Assembly: GCA_965205865.1 (NCBI GenBank)
Contig: CBDBHR010000024.1
Location: 64,001 to 128,000, forward strand
Reading direction: 5' to 3'
Origin: a bacterium
GTDB lineage: Bacteria; SAR324; NAC60-12
DNA: 64,000 nucleotides
In this document: piece after piece, positions 31,617-41,293 of the stretch
Position numbering within the stretch: the stretch's first letter is position 1
How the letters are laid out: each line of letters opens with the position of its first letter
The notes under the pieces: generated by a model
Seen by the model: the letters and a program-made list of their open reading frames with translations, nothing else
Database searches by the model: none
What the model was told of the DNA's origin: nothing
Translations under genes and position numbers: made by a program

Positions 31617-32378
31617 ATGAATTCAGAAAAATTCACCTTGAGCCATTCGGATTTAATAGAATTAAAACGATGGAACACGCCCACGATTTATAATGGATGG
31701 GAAATGATCACCAAGTATGATCGTACCAAGGACGCTATCAATCTGGAAGAAACCAAGGATTTTATGCCACAAATGGGTCCGATGGTGGGTTATGCAGTGA
31801 CCTTGCAATTCAAGGCCGGTGATGGGCAGTACCAAGCGGCGAACCGTAATAATGTAATTCAATATCGCGAGTATATGGCCTCGCTTCCCGGTCCAAAAAT
31901 TGTGGTTGTGCAGGATTTGGACAAACCGGCAACGATCGGTTCATTTTGGGGAGAAGTAAATGCCAATATTCACCGTAGTTTAGGGTGCGTGGGTACCATC
32001 ACGGACGGCGCCATCCGGGATGTTGATGAAATGACCAATGCCGGATTCAAAGGAATCGCCCGCCGCTTGTGCGTTGGTCATGGTTTTAACGTTCCCGTCA
32101 ACTGGAATTGTGAGGTTCAAGTATTCGGACAAACGGTTCGCCCGGGTCAATTGATTCACGCGGACAAACATGGTTTTCTCGTCATCCCCGACGAAGATTT
32201 ACCTCGCATCCTGGAAGCGTCCCGTTTTATGGACAGCAATGAATGTAAAACTGTTATCTCTGCTGCCCGGACGACTGTCGGACTCTCCAAAGAAGAAATT
32301 TTACAAAATCTGGGAAATGCGGGACAGGCTTTCGGTCAGGCAGCGCGGGAAAAGCTACGGAGTTCCGGAGAATGGTAA
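31617..32378 (+). CDS. RraA/HMG-aldolase-like family protein
   Basis: MVGYAVT, FWGEVN, TDGAIRDVDE, PGQLIHADKHG. Confidence 0.85.
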   Translation: MNSEKFTLSHSDLIELKRWNTPTIYNGWEMITKYDRTKDAINLEETKDFMPQMGPMVGYAVTLQFKAGDGQYQAANRNNVIQYREYMASLPGPKIVVVQDLDKPATIGSFWGEVNANIHRSLGCVGTITDGAIRDVDEMTNAGFKGIARRLCVGHGFNVPVNWNCEVQVFGQTVRPGQLIHADKHGFLVIPDEDLPRILEASRFMDSNECKTVISAARTTVGLSKEEILQNLGNAGQAFGQAAREKLRSSGEW

Positions 32379-32458
32379 ATTCCCCGGTGCTTGCTTGATT
32401 CCAGGTTGTTTCAGAAATTCCTTCTTCCCTCTTTCTACAAATACAAGGAGACGTTTTT

Positions 32459-33631
32459 ATGAACTCAGACATGCGCCAGTGTTTTCCTCGAGATGCCAAT
32501 GGCGCTCTGTTACTTGGCAGAGTCTGGAAAGGCGGGCTTCAAGGCGGACCCTGTATAGTTATCGTCGAAGAAGACCAAGTTTTTGATATCAGCGCCTCCT
32601 TCCCTCTGATGGCCGAATTGCTCAACCAATCGGACCTCGACAATCGTCTGCTCCAAACAGGCAAAGAAAGCATGGGGGACGTCTATACGATTCTGGAAAA
32701 TAGCGACCCGAATGTACGCAATCCGGAACAACCTTATTTTCTGGCCCCGTGCGATTTGCAGACCATCAAAGCCTGCGGGGTGACTTTTGCAAATTCCATG
32801 CTGGAGCGTCTGGTAGAAGAGCAGGCGCAGGGAGATCCTGGCAAAGCCAAACAATTCAGGGACTCGCTGGAAAGTGAGCTGAATATGGACCTGGGCAAAA
32901 TCAAACCGGGGTCTCCGGAGGCGGAAAACGTCAAACAAACATTGCTCAAAAAAAATCTCTGGTCTCCTTATCTCGAAGTGGGAATCGGTCCGGATGCCGA
33001 GGTATTTTCCAAAGCCTCTCCCATGTCGGCTATTGGAACCGGCGAAACTTTAGGGATTCGTTCTGATTCCTCATGGAACAATCCGGAGCCGGAAATTGTC
33101 TTGGTTATCAATGCCTCCGGTAAGATCGTGGGCGCCACTCTGGGCAACGACGTGAATTTGCGGGATATCGAAGGACGCAGCGCTTTGTTGCTGGGAAAAG
33201 CCAAGGACAACAATGCCTCCTGTGTCATTGGCCCGTTTGTCCGGCTTTTCAATGATACTTTCTCTTTGCATGACGTGAGGGTGGCTGAAGTGACCGTGGA
33301 GGTGACAGGAGCGGAAGGGTTCACTATAAATGCGCAAAGTACTCTGACAAAGATCAGCAGAGATGTGGAAGACCTCGCAGCCCAGACTATCGGAAAACAT
33401 CATCAATACCCGGATGGACTGATGCTCTTCACCGGCACCTTATTTGCGCCTACTATGGACCGTGATCAGCCTGGTGAAGGATTCACCCACAAGATAGGGG
33501 ACGTCGTCAAAATTGCTTCTCCTCAATTGGGTTGCTTGCTCAATCGCGTTGCTTATTGTCATGACCTGCCTCGCTGGGAATTTGGAAGCATTGCGCTTTT
33601 TCGAAACTTGGCCAAACGCGGATTACTATAA
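32459..33631 (+). CDS. Fumarylacetoacetate hydrolase family protein (2-keto-3-deoxy acid dehydratase-like)
   Basis: KACGVTF, AEVFSK, WNNPEPE, GNDVNLRDIEGRSALLLGKAKDN, TGTLFAP. Confidence 0.88.
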   Translation: MNSDMRQCFPRDANGALLLGRVWKGGLQGGPCIVIVEEDQVFDISASFPLMAELLNQSDLDNRLLQTGKESMGDVYTILENSDPNVRNPEQPYFLAPCDLQTIKACGVTFANSMLERLVEEQAQGDPGKAKQFRDSLESELNMDLGKIKPGSPEAENVKQTLLKKNLWSPYLEVGIGPDAEVFSKASPMSAIGTGETLGIRSDSSWNNPEPEIVLVINASGKIVGATLGNDVNLRDIEGRSALLLGKAKDNNASCVIGPFVRLFNDTFSLHDVRVAEVTVEVTGAEGFTINAQSTLTKISRDVEDLAAQTIGKHHQYPDGLMLFTGTLFAPTMDRDQPGEGFTHKIGDVVKIASPQLGCLLNRVAYCHDLPRWEFGSIALFRNLAKRGLL

Positions 33632-33713
33632 AACGCTAGTCTTTTTCTCTTGGATTCCATCGATCCTCCTGAACTCGACTTCTCAGTACCCCCATGGAAA
33701 TTGCAAATCATTA

Positions 33714-34217
33714 TTAATCCATGCCAATGTGGTTCAGTGTTTCGTCTGTTGAATTGATTGTGAATGCCCTGCCAAACCCAACCACGTATTGCCCACTTTC
33801 GGGCCTCAATGCGAATAAATGAAAATCTGCTAATGTGCGTAATATCGCGACAACTTCTCCAAATTTTTCCTGCATCGCTTGCAGTTGAGATTCATAATTT
33901 TCGTCGTCCCGTTTTATTTCCTCGACACGACAGTTAAATACGATACGCTCTCGCGCAAAAAGGTTGCCGGATTCAGATTCCGCACGAATGAACAATACGG
34001 ATGCCTGCTGATTTTTCAGCAAATTCGCAGTATGGTGAGCCAATTCACTGACGTAAATATAAAATGTACCTTCCTGATCTCGCACATAGGGCGCATAGCT
34101 GATTTGAGGAAGACTGTCTGCAGATACGGTTGCCAGGATCAGGGTTTGCTGCGAAGAAATCAATTCATGATAAGCAGTTGTGATCTTTCTCGATTCTTCC
34201 TGGCTGACTTCACTCAT
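33714..34217 (-). CDS. HugZ/HutZ-like pyridoxamine-5'-phosphate oxidase family (heme utilization) protein
   Basis: LATV...P..SYAPY, YIYVSELAHHTANL, FARER, DFHLF, VVGFGRAF. Confidence 0.85.
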   Translation of the reverse strand: MSEVSQEESRKITTAYHELISSQQTLILATVSADSLPQISYAPYVRDQEGTFYIYVSELAHHTANLLKNQQASVLFIRAESESGNLFARERIVFNCRVEEIKRDDENYESQLQAMQEKFGEVVAILRTLADFHLFALRPESGQYVVGFGRAFTINSTDETLNHIGMD

Positions 34218-34616
34218 GAGATAGCCTTTTTCACCGTGCAGTTGAAAGCTCTGATTTAACACTCATGGAACAGGCGTATTTCTCCTCATTCCTCTTATCC
34301 GAAGACCGTTGGTCCCCACCATCCTGCCCTTTCTCTTCTCAAACGGATCTCACAAGCCATGCCGAAAATGGACCGCTGAAGATTTTTTCAGCTGACCTCC
34401 ATTGTTTCGCAATTTTCCTGATCCTGACTTGCCAAAAGAATTTTTTAATCTTCCGTATTTTTCCCAATAACTCCTTTTGCTTTATCCATATCATATAAGG
34501 AGCGGATTTTCCTGATTTATTGATTTATTGATTTTTTGTAACTATTTAGGTTTCTTTAGAGCCCCCCTTCGATTTAAGCACGGAATTTGCATAGCATAAA
34601 ATTCAGGAAGGATTTT

Positions 34617-36113
34617 ATGCTCTCGAAATTTCAAAAAAAATATATTAATTCCATTTCATCGACTTCCCTCCTTGAGGCTCTTCAAGAAGCCTGTCAACTC
34701 TTTGAAGAAGAACGGGACCAATGGAAGAAAGAGCGATTAAAACTCCTCGAACGTCTCGAAATGGAAAATAAGCGTATTGAAGCTCTCGAAACAGAAAATA
34801 AGCAACTTCGGGATCAGCTGGCTCTCAACAGCCAAAACTCAAGTAAACCTCCTTCCACCGATCAAAGTCGAAAGAACAAAAGCTTACGTAAAAGCAGGGG
34901 TCGCTCTCGCGGAGGTCAACCCGGTCATAAAGGCCATCATTTGGCTTTCAGTGAATCACCAGATCATGTGGAGCCTCATTTTGTCAACACCTGTGAAACC
35001 TGTGGAGAAGATTTATCCCAGGTGGCGGTTGAGGCCACGCATAAACGTCAGGTCTTTGATCTCCCTGCTCTCCAATTAGAGGTTACTGAACACCAAGTGG
35101 AACAAAAAAATTGTCCCTGCTGCCGGCATCTGAATCACTCGAGCTTTCCAGCAGGGATAGAGGCACCCACTCAATATGGTCCCCGGATCAAAGGCTTAGC
35201 GGTTTATCTCAATCAATATCAGTTTCTGCCCTTTGATCGATGCCAGCAATTCTTTGAGGATCTGTTCGGCCAGCCGCTCAATGCGGCCACGATTTATGCT
35301 AGCCTCCAGCAAGCCGCCCATAGGCTTTATCCTTTCCAACAACAAGTGGCTGAAGCTCTGATTCAAGCGGAGGTGGTTCATTTTGATGAAACCTCTTTGT
35401 TTGAAAACAAACAACGTCGCTGGCTTCATTCAGCCTCTACCGAAGAGCTGACCTTTTATTTTATCCACGACAAACGGGGTCAAGCCGGAATGGATGCTGC
35501 CGGTATCCTGCCTCAGTTTGAAAAGACAGCCATTCATGATCACTGGGAGAGCTACCAGCATTATGAGTGTGATCATGGCTTTTGCAATGCGCATCATTTA
35601 CGTGAACTCTCTCGGGCCTATCAACAAGAAAAGGCCTTGTGGGCTCAGGAGATGAGCGACTTACTGGTAGAGATCAAAGAGCAAGTAGACCAAGCCAAGT
35701 TCAAAGAACAATCTGCTTTGAGTCCAATCCAACTGGATCACTTCCGGCAACGCTATCGTGATATCACCCAAGAAGCCCTTGAGCTCTATCCTCCCCCTCC
35801 TCAAACAAAGAAACGAGGACGCCCCAAACAGAGCAAAGCCAAAAATTTACTCGATCGCTTGATCCTCTATGAAAAGGAAAGCTTGTTATTCATGGATGAC
35901 TTCCGGGTTCCTTTTGACAACAACCAAGCCGAGCGGGATGTGCGCATGGTTAAACTGAAACAAAAAATCTCCGGCGGCTTTCGAACGGCTGAAGGATCTC
36001 GGGCTTTTTGTATCATCCGGGGAGCCATTTCCACTACCAGAAAACAGGGGAAATCCATCCTCGAGTTGCTCACTCAGGCTTTGCATCCTTCACATGCTCC
36101 TCTTTGTTACTGA
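34617..36113 (+). CDS. IS66-family transposase
   Basis: NSQNSSKPPS, GGQPGHKG, CxxC zinc finger, HFDET, CNAHHLREL, PFDNNQAERDVRMVKLKQKISG. Confidence 0.95.
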   Translation: MLSKFQKKYINSISSTSLLEALQEACQLFEEERDQWKKERLKLLERLEMENKRIEALETENKQLRDQLALNSQNSSKPPSTDQSRKNKSLRKSRGRSRGGQPGHKGHHLAFSESPDHVEPHFVNTCETCGEDLSQVAVEATHKRQVFDLPALQLEVTEHQVEQKNCPCCRHLNHSSFPAGIEAPTQYGPRIKGLAVYLNQYQFLPFDRCQQFFEDLFGQPLNAATIYASLQQAAHRLYPFQQQVAEALIQAEVVHFDETSLFENKQRRWLHSASTEELTFYFIHDKRGQAGMDAAGILPQFEKTAIHDHWESYQHYECDHGFCNAHHLRELSRAYQQEKALWAQEMSDLLVEIKEQVDQAKFKEQSALSPIQLDHFRQRYRDITQEALELYPPPPQTKKRGRPKQSKAKNLLDRLILYEKESLLFMDDFRVPFDNNQAERDVRMVKLKQKISGGFRTAEGSRAFCIIRGAISTTRKQGKSILELLTQALHPSHAPLCY

Positions 36114-36121
36114 AACTCTCC

Positions 36122-36321
36122 TTTTTTTAAACGTTCCGCCCCCTGCGTGGCCAAAAGTATTCATAGCAAACGTAGCATCGTCAATGCGATTTTGTATGTC
36201 CTGAAAACGGCTTGTCAGTGGAGAATGCTTGGCCATGATTTACCTCCCTGGCAAAGCGTTTACGATCATTATCGCCGTTGGAAAAAACGATGGACTGTGG
36301 AGCGAACATTCGCTTTTTGGC
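36122..36321 (+). pseudogene. Internally deleted IS5-family transposase remnant
   Basis: [35 protein letters not shown] fused directly to the C-terminal KRWTVERTFA motif; similar to 40982-41293. Confidence 0.85.
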
Positions 36322-36675
36322 TCATGCCGAAGATGGACCGCAATATATTTTTTTATAGCTGACCTCCATTGTTGCGCAATTCTCCTGATCCAAACTTGCT
36401 ATAGGCTTTGCGCCGCGTAGTAGTGCTGAAATCGTGCCTTGTTGTTTCAGGGAAGGAGAGGACTTCCGCTCGTTTGATTCAAAATTAGCTGTGGGAGGGT
36501 TCCCGCTCGATCGAATGAACAATACCGTGAGAGGACTTGAAAACGATGGATTCTTCCCGAGAATCTTTTTTCAATGTTATTGAACTGAACGGCTTCTGAC
36601 TGTCCCCGGATTTGAGTAGATTTATTGATTTTTTGTTTTTTTTTGCGAATCCCGAATTTATTTTACATCAGGGGA

Positions 36676-36703
36676 TTGACATTACATTTTATTGTGTTAT
36701 AAT
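36676..36703 (+). promoter_or_regulatory. Consensus sigma70 promoter with extended -10
   Basis: TTGACA (36676) - 16 nt - TATAAT (36698), TG-n before the -10. Confidence 0.7.
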
Positions 36704-36913
36704 ATGTCTTCGTTAAGGTGTTTTTATGAAAGAAGAGGGTTTCCGATCGATTGAACAATATCGTGGGAGGACTTGAAAACGATTGATCTTCCTCGGAAAT
36801 CTTTTTTCAATGTTATTGAACTGAACGGCTTCTGACTGTCCCCGGATTTGAGTAGATTTATTGATTTTTTGTTTTTTTTTTTGCGAATCCCGAATTTATT
36901 TTACATCAGGGGA

Positions 36914-36937
36914 TTGACATTACTATTGTGTTATAAT
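36914..36937 (+). promoter_or_regulatory. Second promoter copy with shortened 12-nt spacer (extended -10 retained)
   Basis: TTGACA (36914) - 12 nt - TATAAT (36932). Confidence 0.5.
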
Positions 36938-37476
36938 ATGTCTTCGTTAAGGTGTTTTTATGAAAGAAGAGGGTTTCCGATCGATTGAACAATATCGTGG
37001 GAGGACTTGAAAACGATCGATCCTCTCCGGGAATCTTTTTTAACGATATTTAATAAACGGGTTTTTCAGAGACCTAAATAGTTACGATTTTTTTTGCGAA
37101 TTCCGCATTTATTTTACCTCAGGGGGTTGAAATTGCGTAGTAGTAGTAGTGCTAGTATCGTGCCTTATTGTATTAAGGAAGGAGATGATGCGCAAAAGAT
37201 TGATCCTCTCCAAAAATTTTTTTTAACCGCACCAGCTTATCGGTCATTTCTAATGAAAGAAGGCGTGATGAAAGGTAAAATCAAAAATATCCAATTTAGT
37301 TCACTTCTGAAAAAGGAGAAATGATGAAAGAAAAAATGAAAATGAATCAAAATCAAGTAACTTCTGCCAAAAGAGGACCTATGAAACGTCAAATGAAACA
37401 ATCCACAAAAAATGGGGACACGGAACAAGTCCATGTCCCCACATTTTGCCAAAATCAAAGCGAAAAAGGAGAAACC

Positions 37477-39282
37477 ATGAAAACAAACAAAACCAGAACA
37501 ATCCAAGCAATCCTGCTGGTCCTCATCCTGGGGGTGTTTGCCCTTTCGATGGGTCCGGCAGTCGTGACCGCGCAAGAAATGGTCAAAGACCCCGGTACCG
37601 GCGAGATGGTGACTGCGCCTGAATACGGGGGAACCCTGACCCTCGGCATCGCTAATGAACCAAAAAACATTGACAGCTGGTTGGGCCATCCTTCGACGAT
37701 GAGCTTCACTCCCGTTTTAGAGAAGCTCGGTATCCATGACTGGACAGCCGATAGGAGCGTTTTTCCTTTTGGTTACTTCTCCCCTGCACAATTTGTTAGA
37801 GGAGCGCTGATTGAAAGTTGGGAACAGCCTGACCCGGTGACATATGTCTTGCAGATCCGCAAGGACGTGCGCTGGCACGATAAGGCCCCGATGAACGCTC
37901 GAGCCTTGACGGCTCAAGATGTGGAGTGGAACTATCACCGTTATTTAGGTTTGGGCAGCGGCTTCAGCAAAGGCAGTCCCTTTCTGGCCCAGTGGGGCCC
38001 CCTGGATGATGCGGGGATCGTCTCCGTCGAGGCCACTGATCCATCCACGGTGGTTTTTAAGCTGGCGAAGCCAAACCCGAATGGTTTTACGATTATTTTT
38101 ATCGACAACAACTCTGCGATGATGAACGGCCCTGAGGTGATCCGGCAACACGGTGAGATCGTCAATGAAGAGAAAATCGAAGGCGTTCAAATCCTGACCG
38201 ATTGGCGGCACCTGGTGGGCACCGGCCCCTTTATGATGACGGACTGGAGCAAGGGAACCTCGCTCACCTATCAGAAGAATGCGGACTACTGGGCTCACGA
38301 TGAAAAGTACCCGCGGAACCGCTTGCCCTATGTGGATAGGGTGAAGATGTTGGTCCTGCCGGAGGAAGCCACCCGGCTGGCAGCCCTGCGCGCGGGGAGG
38401 CTCGATTACGTGGGCTGGGTTGGTTGGGCTACGATACAATCGATCGACCAGGTGGAAAACCTGAAAAAGACCAACCCCGACATCCAGCTGTGGGGCAAAG
38501 CAGTGTCCTCGGCCAGTTCGATTGCCTATAACAGCAGCAAACCCCCCTTTACCGACATCAGGGTGCGCCACGCGTTGCAGATGGCGCTGGATCTTGAGAC
38601 TATTAACAAGACCTACTGGAAGGGTTATGCCGATGTGACACCGATAGAGTATTTGGGCACAGGCGTGGTCGGGTATCAAAACCCCTATCAAGAGTGGCCC
38701 GAAGACCTCAAGCAGTACTATCAGTATGATCCGGAAGGGGCGAAAAAGCTCCTCGATCAGGCGGGCTATCCCGTGGGCACGGACGGTTGGCGATTCGAGA
38801 CCGACCTGCAGGTCCGCGATGTCTATGACGTGACCTTCTATGAAATTGCCGCAGAGTCCTTCAGAAAGATTGGGGTGAACGTCAAGATGCTGATAATGGA
38901 TACGACGACCTGGGTCAATCATATCAATAAACGGACTTATGGCATGACTACGCATTCTTCGGGGGCCGATAGGGCCCCTGCCGACATCCTCACCCATGGC
39001 CTCACAACCTCCACCTGGAGCCCTGCCTCCGTGTGGGACCCGTATTATGACTTCCTGGTGGATGCCTTTTTAGCCGGTACCACCGTTGAGGAGCAGCAGA
39101 GGGCCTCGAAAGTGGCATCGTTGTACTTTACCTATCAACACTATTTTCTGTGGGGTGGGAAAGCTCCGGCGTTTAGTGCGGTTCATCCCTGGGTCAAGGG
39201 CTACAACGGTGAACTTGACCTTGGAGGGCTTCAGCCGGGTGCGATCCTGGCTCGTCTCTGGATTGACCAGGATTTGAAGTAA
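37477..39282 (+). CDS. ABC transporter substrate-binding protein, family 5 (peptide/nickel)
   Basis: AGGAGA RBS then signal peptide MKTNKTRTIQAILLVLILG; YGGTL, GTGPF, PFTDIRVRHAL, YDPEGAKKLL. Confidence 0.92.
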   Translation: MKTNKTRTIQAILLVLILGVFALSMGPAVVTAQEMVKDPGTGEMVTAPEYGGTLTLGIANEPKNIDSWLGHPSTMSFTPVLEKLGIHDWTADRSVFPFGYFSPAQFVRGALIESWEQPDPVTYVLQIRKDVRWHDKAPMNARALTAQDVEWNYHRYLGLGSGFSKGSPFLAQWGPLDDAGIVSVEATDPSTVVFKLAKPNPNGFTIIFIDNNSAMMNGPEVIRQHGEIVNEEKIEGVQILTDWRHLVGTGPFMMTDWSKGTSLTYQKNADYWAHDEKYPRNRLPYVDRVKMLVLPEEATRLAALRAGRLDYVGWVGWATIQSIDQVENLKKTNPDIQLWGKAVSSASSIAYNSSKPPFTDIRVRHALQMALDLETINKTYWKGYADVTPIEYLGTGVVGYQNPYQEWPEDLKQYYQYDPEGAKKLLDQAGYPVGTDGWRFETDLQVRDVYDVTFYEIAAESFRKIGVNVKMLIMDTTTWVNHINKRTYGMTTHSSGADRAPADILTHGLTTSTWSPASVWDPYYDFLVDAFLAGTTVEEQQRASKVASLYFTYQHYFLWGGKAPAFSAVHPWVKGYNGELDLGGLQPGAILARLWIDQDLK

Positions 39283-39447
39283 TAAAGGCATCAGTCGCTG
39301 TCGCGACTTTGATATCAGTTCTCAGCTATCGGTTTTCAGTTAAAAAAACCTGAATTATCAATATGAATCAGAAGCTGATAGCTGACAGCTAAGGCTATCC
39401 GATTAAAATGGGACAAAATTATGTTTTTGACGATTTTTACTTCACCA

Positions 39448-39558
39448 TGTCATCCTCGCGCAGAGAGGCAGTTTGGCCACATTGTGGCCAAAAAAAACTG
39501 CCGAATGCGGGATCCAGGGTACCTTCCCCTGGATTCCTGATCGTAGTCAGGAATGACA
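39448..39558. repeat. Inverted pair of TGTCAT-tagged palindromic (REP-like) repeats
   Basis: TGTCATCCTCGCG...GCGGGATCCA followed by TGGATTCCTGATCGTAGTCAGGAATGACA; same end motifs as 53121 and 53466. Confidence 0.75.
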
Positions 39559-39627
39559 AAGTGTCCCGACTTAAGTGTGTAGCCATAGCTAAAGGCTATG
39601 TCGCGACAGCGACGAACTAGTACACTT

Positions 39628-40583
39628 ATGAGAGCATATATTATTCGCAGGGTGTTGCTGCTTATCCCCACCTTCTTTTTGTTGACCCTGCTGGTCTTCC
39701 TCTCGGTGCGCTTCCTGCCGGGCAACCTCTTGGACACGATGGCCGGGGAAGGGTTTGGGGTACAGAAGCCCACGGACCGTAAAGCGATTGAGCGGATGCT
39801 GGGATTGGACGTGCCGATCCATGCGCAGTATGGCCGCTGGTTGGGAGGTCTGTTGCTGCGCGGCACCCTGGGCCGCTCCATGATCGAGCAAATCCCGGTG
39901 GAGGAGAAGCTATTGGCTCATTTGCCGGTGACCCTCGAGTTGGGGATCCTGGCAATCCTCATCGGTCTCCTGATCGCGCTGCCCGTGGGCATCTATTCGG
40001 CACTGCGCCAGGATACGATCGGCGACTACGCCGGGCGCTCCTTCGCGATTATCGGCCTGGCTACGCCGGACTTCTGGCTGGCAACCATGCTCATTATCTA
40101 CCCGGCCGTCTGGTGGGCCTGGATGCCTCCGTTGGAACTGGTTCCTTTCTCCGAAGACCCCCTTGGGCATCTCGAGATGTTCCTCTTGCCCTGCCTGATT
40201 CTGGGGACGGGCCTGGCGGCCAGCACCATGCGCCTGACCCGTACCATGATGCTGGAGGTCCTGCGGCAAGACTATATCCGCACGCCTGGGCCAAGGGGCT
40301 CAAGGAGAAGATCATTGTCCTCAGACACGCCACTAAAAATGCCCTCATCCCGGTGATGACTCTGATTGGCCTGCAGTTGCCGATCCTGATCGGGGGCTCC
40401 GTGATCCTCGAGAACCTCTTTGCCCTGCCCGGCCTGGGGCGTGTCCTCCTGCTGGCCCTCCAAGAAAGAGACTACCCGGTCGTCTCCGGAGCCAACCTTT
40501 TGTTCGCCGCCCTGGTGATGGCCGGCAATCTCCTCATCGACCTGATTTATCCCTATTTGGACCCCCGGGTCCATTACAAATAA
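39628..40583 (+). pseudogene. Peptide ABC permease (DppB-like) with a 1-bp frameshift
   Basis: MRAYIIRR...RQDYIRT frame switches to AWAKGLKE...HATKNALIP...LDPRVHYK at about 40283-40284. Confidence 0.88.
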
Positions 40584-40599
40584 GCTCCGGTGTCAGGCT

Positions 40600-40918
40600 T
40601 GTCAGGGAACTGACGCTGGGCGTGTTTGCTGCGGTTATAACGCTATTCTGCTTGTTGACTGCCATTTTCCCGATTTATTGCCCCCTTATGGAATGAACGA
40701 GATTGGCGTGGTAGATAGGCTGACTTCCCCCCTGGAATGAATTCCCTGCCGGGCTCGGACCACTTGGGACGGGTCGTTTTCAGCCCTGTTATCCACGCTG
40801 ACCGCATCTCTGTCATTGCAGGTCTGGGCGCAACCACCATTGCTACTACAATCTCGACGCTGATTTGCGTGCTTTCCGCAAACGTCGGTGGTATACTCGA
40901 CACAGTGTTGCAGAGGTT
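40600..40918 (+). pseudogene. Degenerate DppC-like permease fragment
   Basis: LPGSDHLGRVVFSPVIHADRISVIAGLGA resembles the GTD.LGRD..SR..YG.RIS motif; cut off by an IS5 remnant. Confidence 0.65.
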
Positions 40919-40981
40919 TAGAATCCGCTTGGTAAATTAATTGCTTGTCTTTTAAATTTCCATTTTTTCAAAAGGAGACAG

Positions 40982-41293
40982 ATGTATTCAAGCGACTTAA
41001 GCGATCAAGAATGGTTTGAGATTGAACATTTTTTTAAACGTTCCGACCCCCGCGGGGCCATAAATATTCATGACAAACATACCATCGTCAATGCGATTTT
41101 GTATGTCGTGAAAACGGGTTGTCAGTGGAGAATGCTTCCTCATGATTTTCCTCCCTGGCAAACCGTTTACGACCATTACCGCCGATGGAGTCAAAGAGGG
41201 ATCTGGCAACAAGTTTGGGATTCCCAGAATGTCCGGGCTCGCCTGAAACAAGCCAGGAAGGACAGCCCCGGGCCTGACAGGCGGTTATCATAG
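40982..41293 (+). pseudogene. IS5-family transposase N-terminal fragment
   Basis: [43 protein letters not shown] half missing. Confidence 0.88.

Larger units (their letters stand above)
36508..37040. repeat. About 2.3 tandem copies of a 234-236 bp non-coding unit
   Basis: aatctttt recurs at 36562, 36798, 37032; intervening sequence nearly identical except poly-T length and a 4-bp deletion. Confidence 0.93.
34538..37085 (+). mobile_element. IS66-family (single-ORF, ISBst12-like) element with about 1 kb downstream cargo
   Basis: Terminal inverted repeats GTAACTATTTAGGT (34538) and ACCTAAATAGTTAC (ends 37085), flanked by 8-bp direct repeat GATTTTTT (34530-34537, 37086-37093). Confidence 0.88.

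Noticed and set aside
36105-36110. TGTTAC at the transposase end as the IS66 right end
   Set aside because: Only 5 bp match the left TIR and there is no TSD; the 37072-37085 end matches 14 bp and has the TSD.
36450-37010. Short GAGG(A/G)(C/T)TT motifs every 30-40 bp as a mini-CRISPR
   Set aside because: Motifs are too short and variable, and the intervening sequences are duplicated rather than unique.
37321-37476. 52-aa N-terminal extension of the SBP
   Set aside because: A strong RBS and signal peptide start at 37477; the upstream part is low-complexity, though tiny upstream ORFs cannot be excluded.
37945-38997. 350-aa minus-strand ORF
   Set aside because: Shadow of the GC-rich SBP gene.
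40279-40290. Programmed frameshift in the permease
   Set aside because: No slippery run; a simple 1-bp deletion or sequencing error is more likely.
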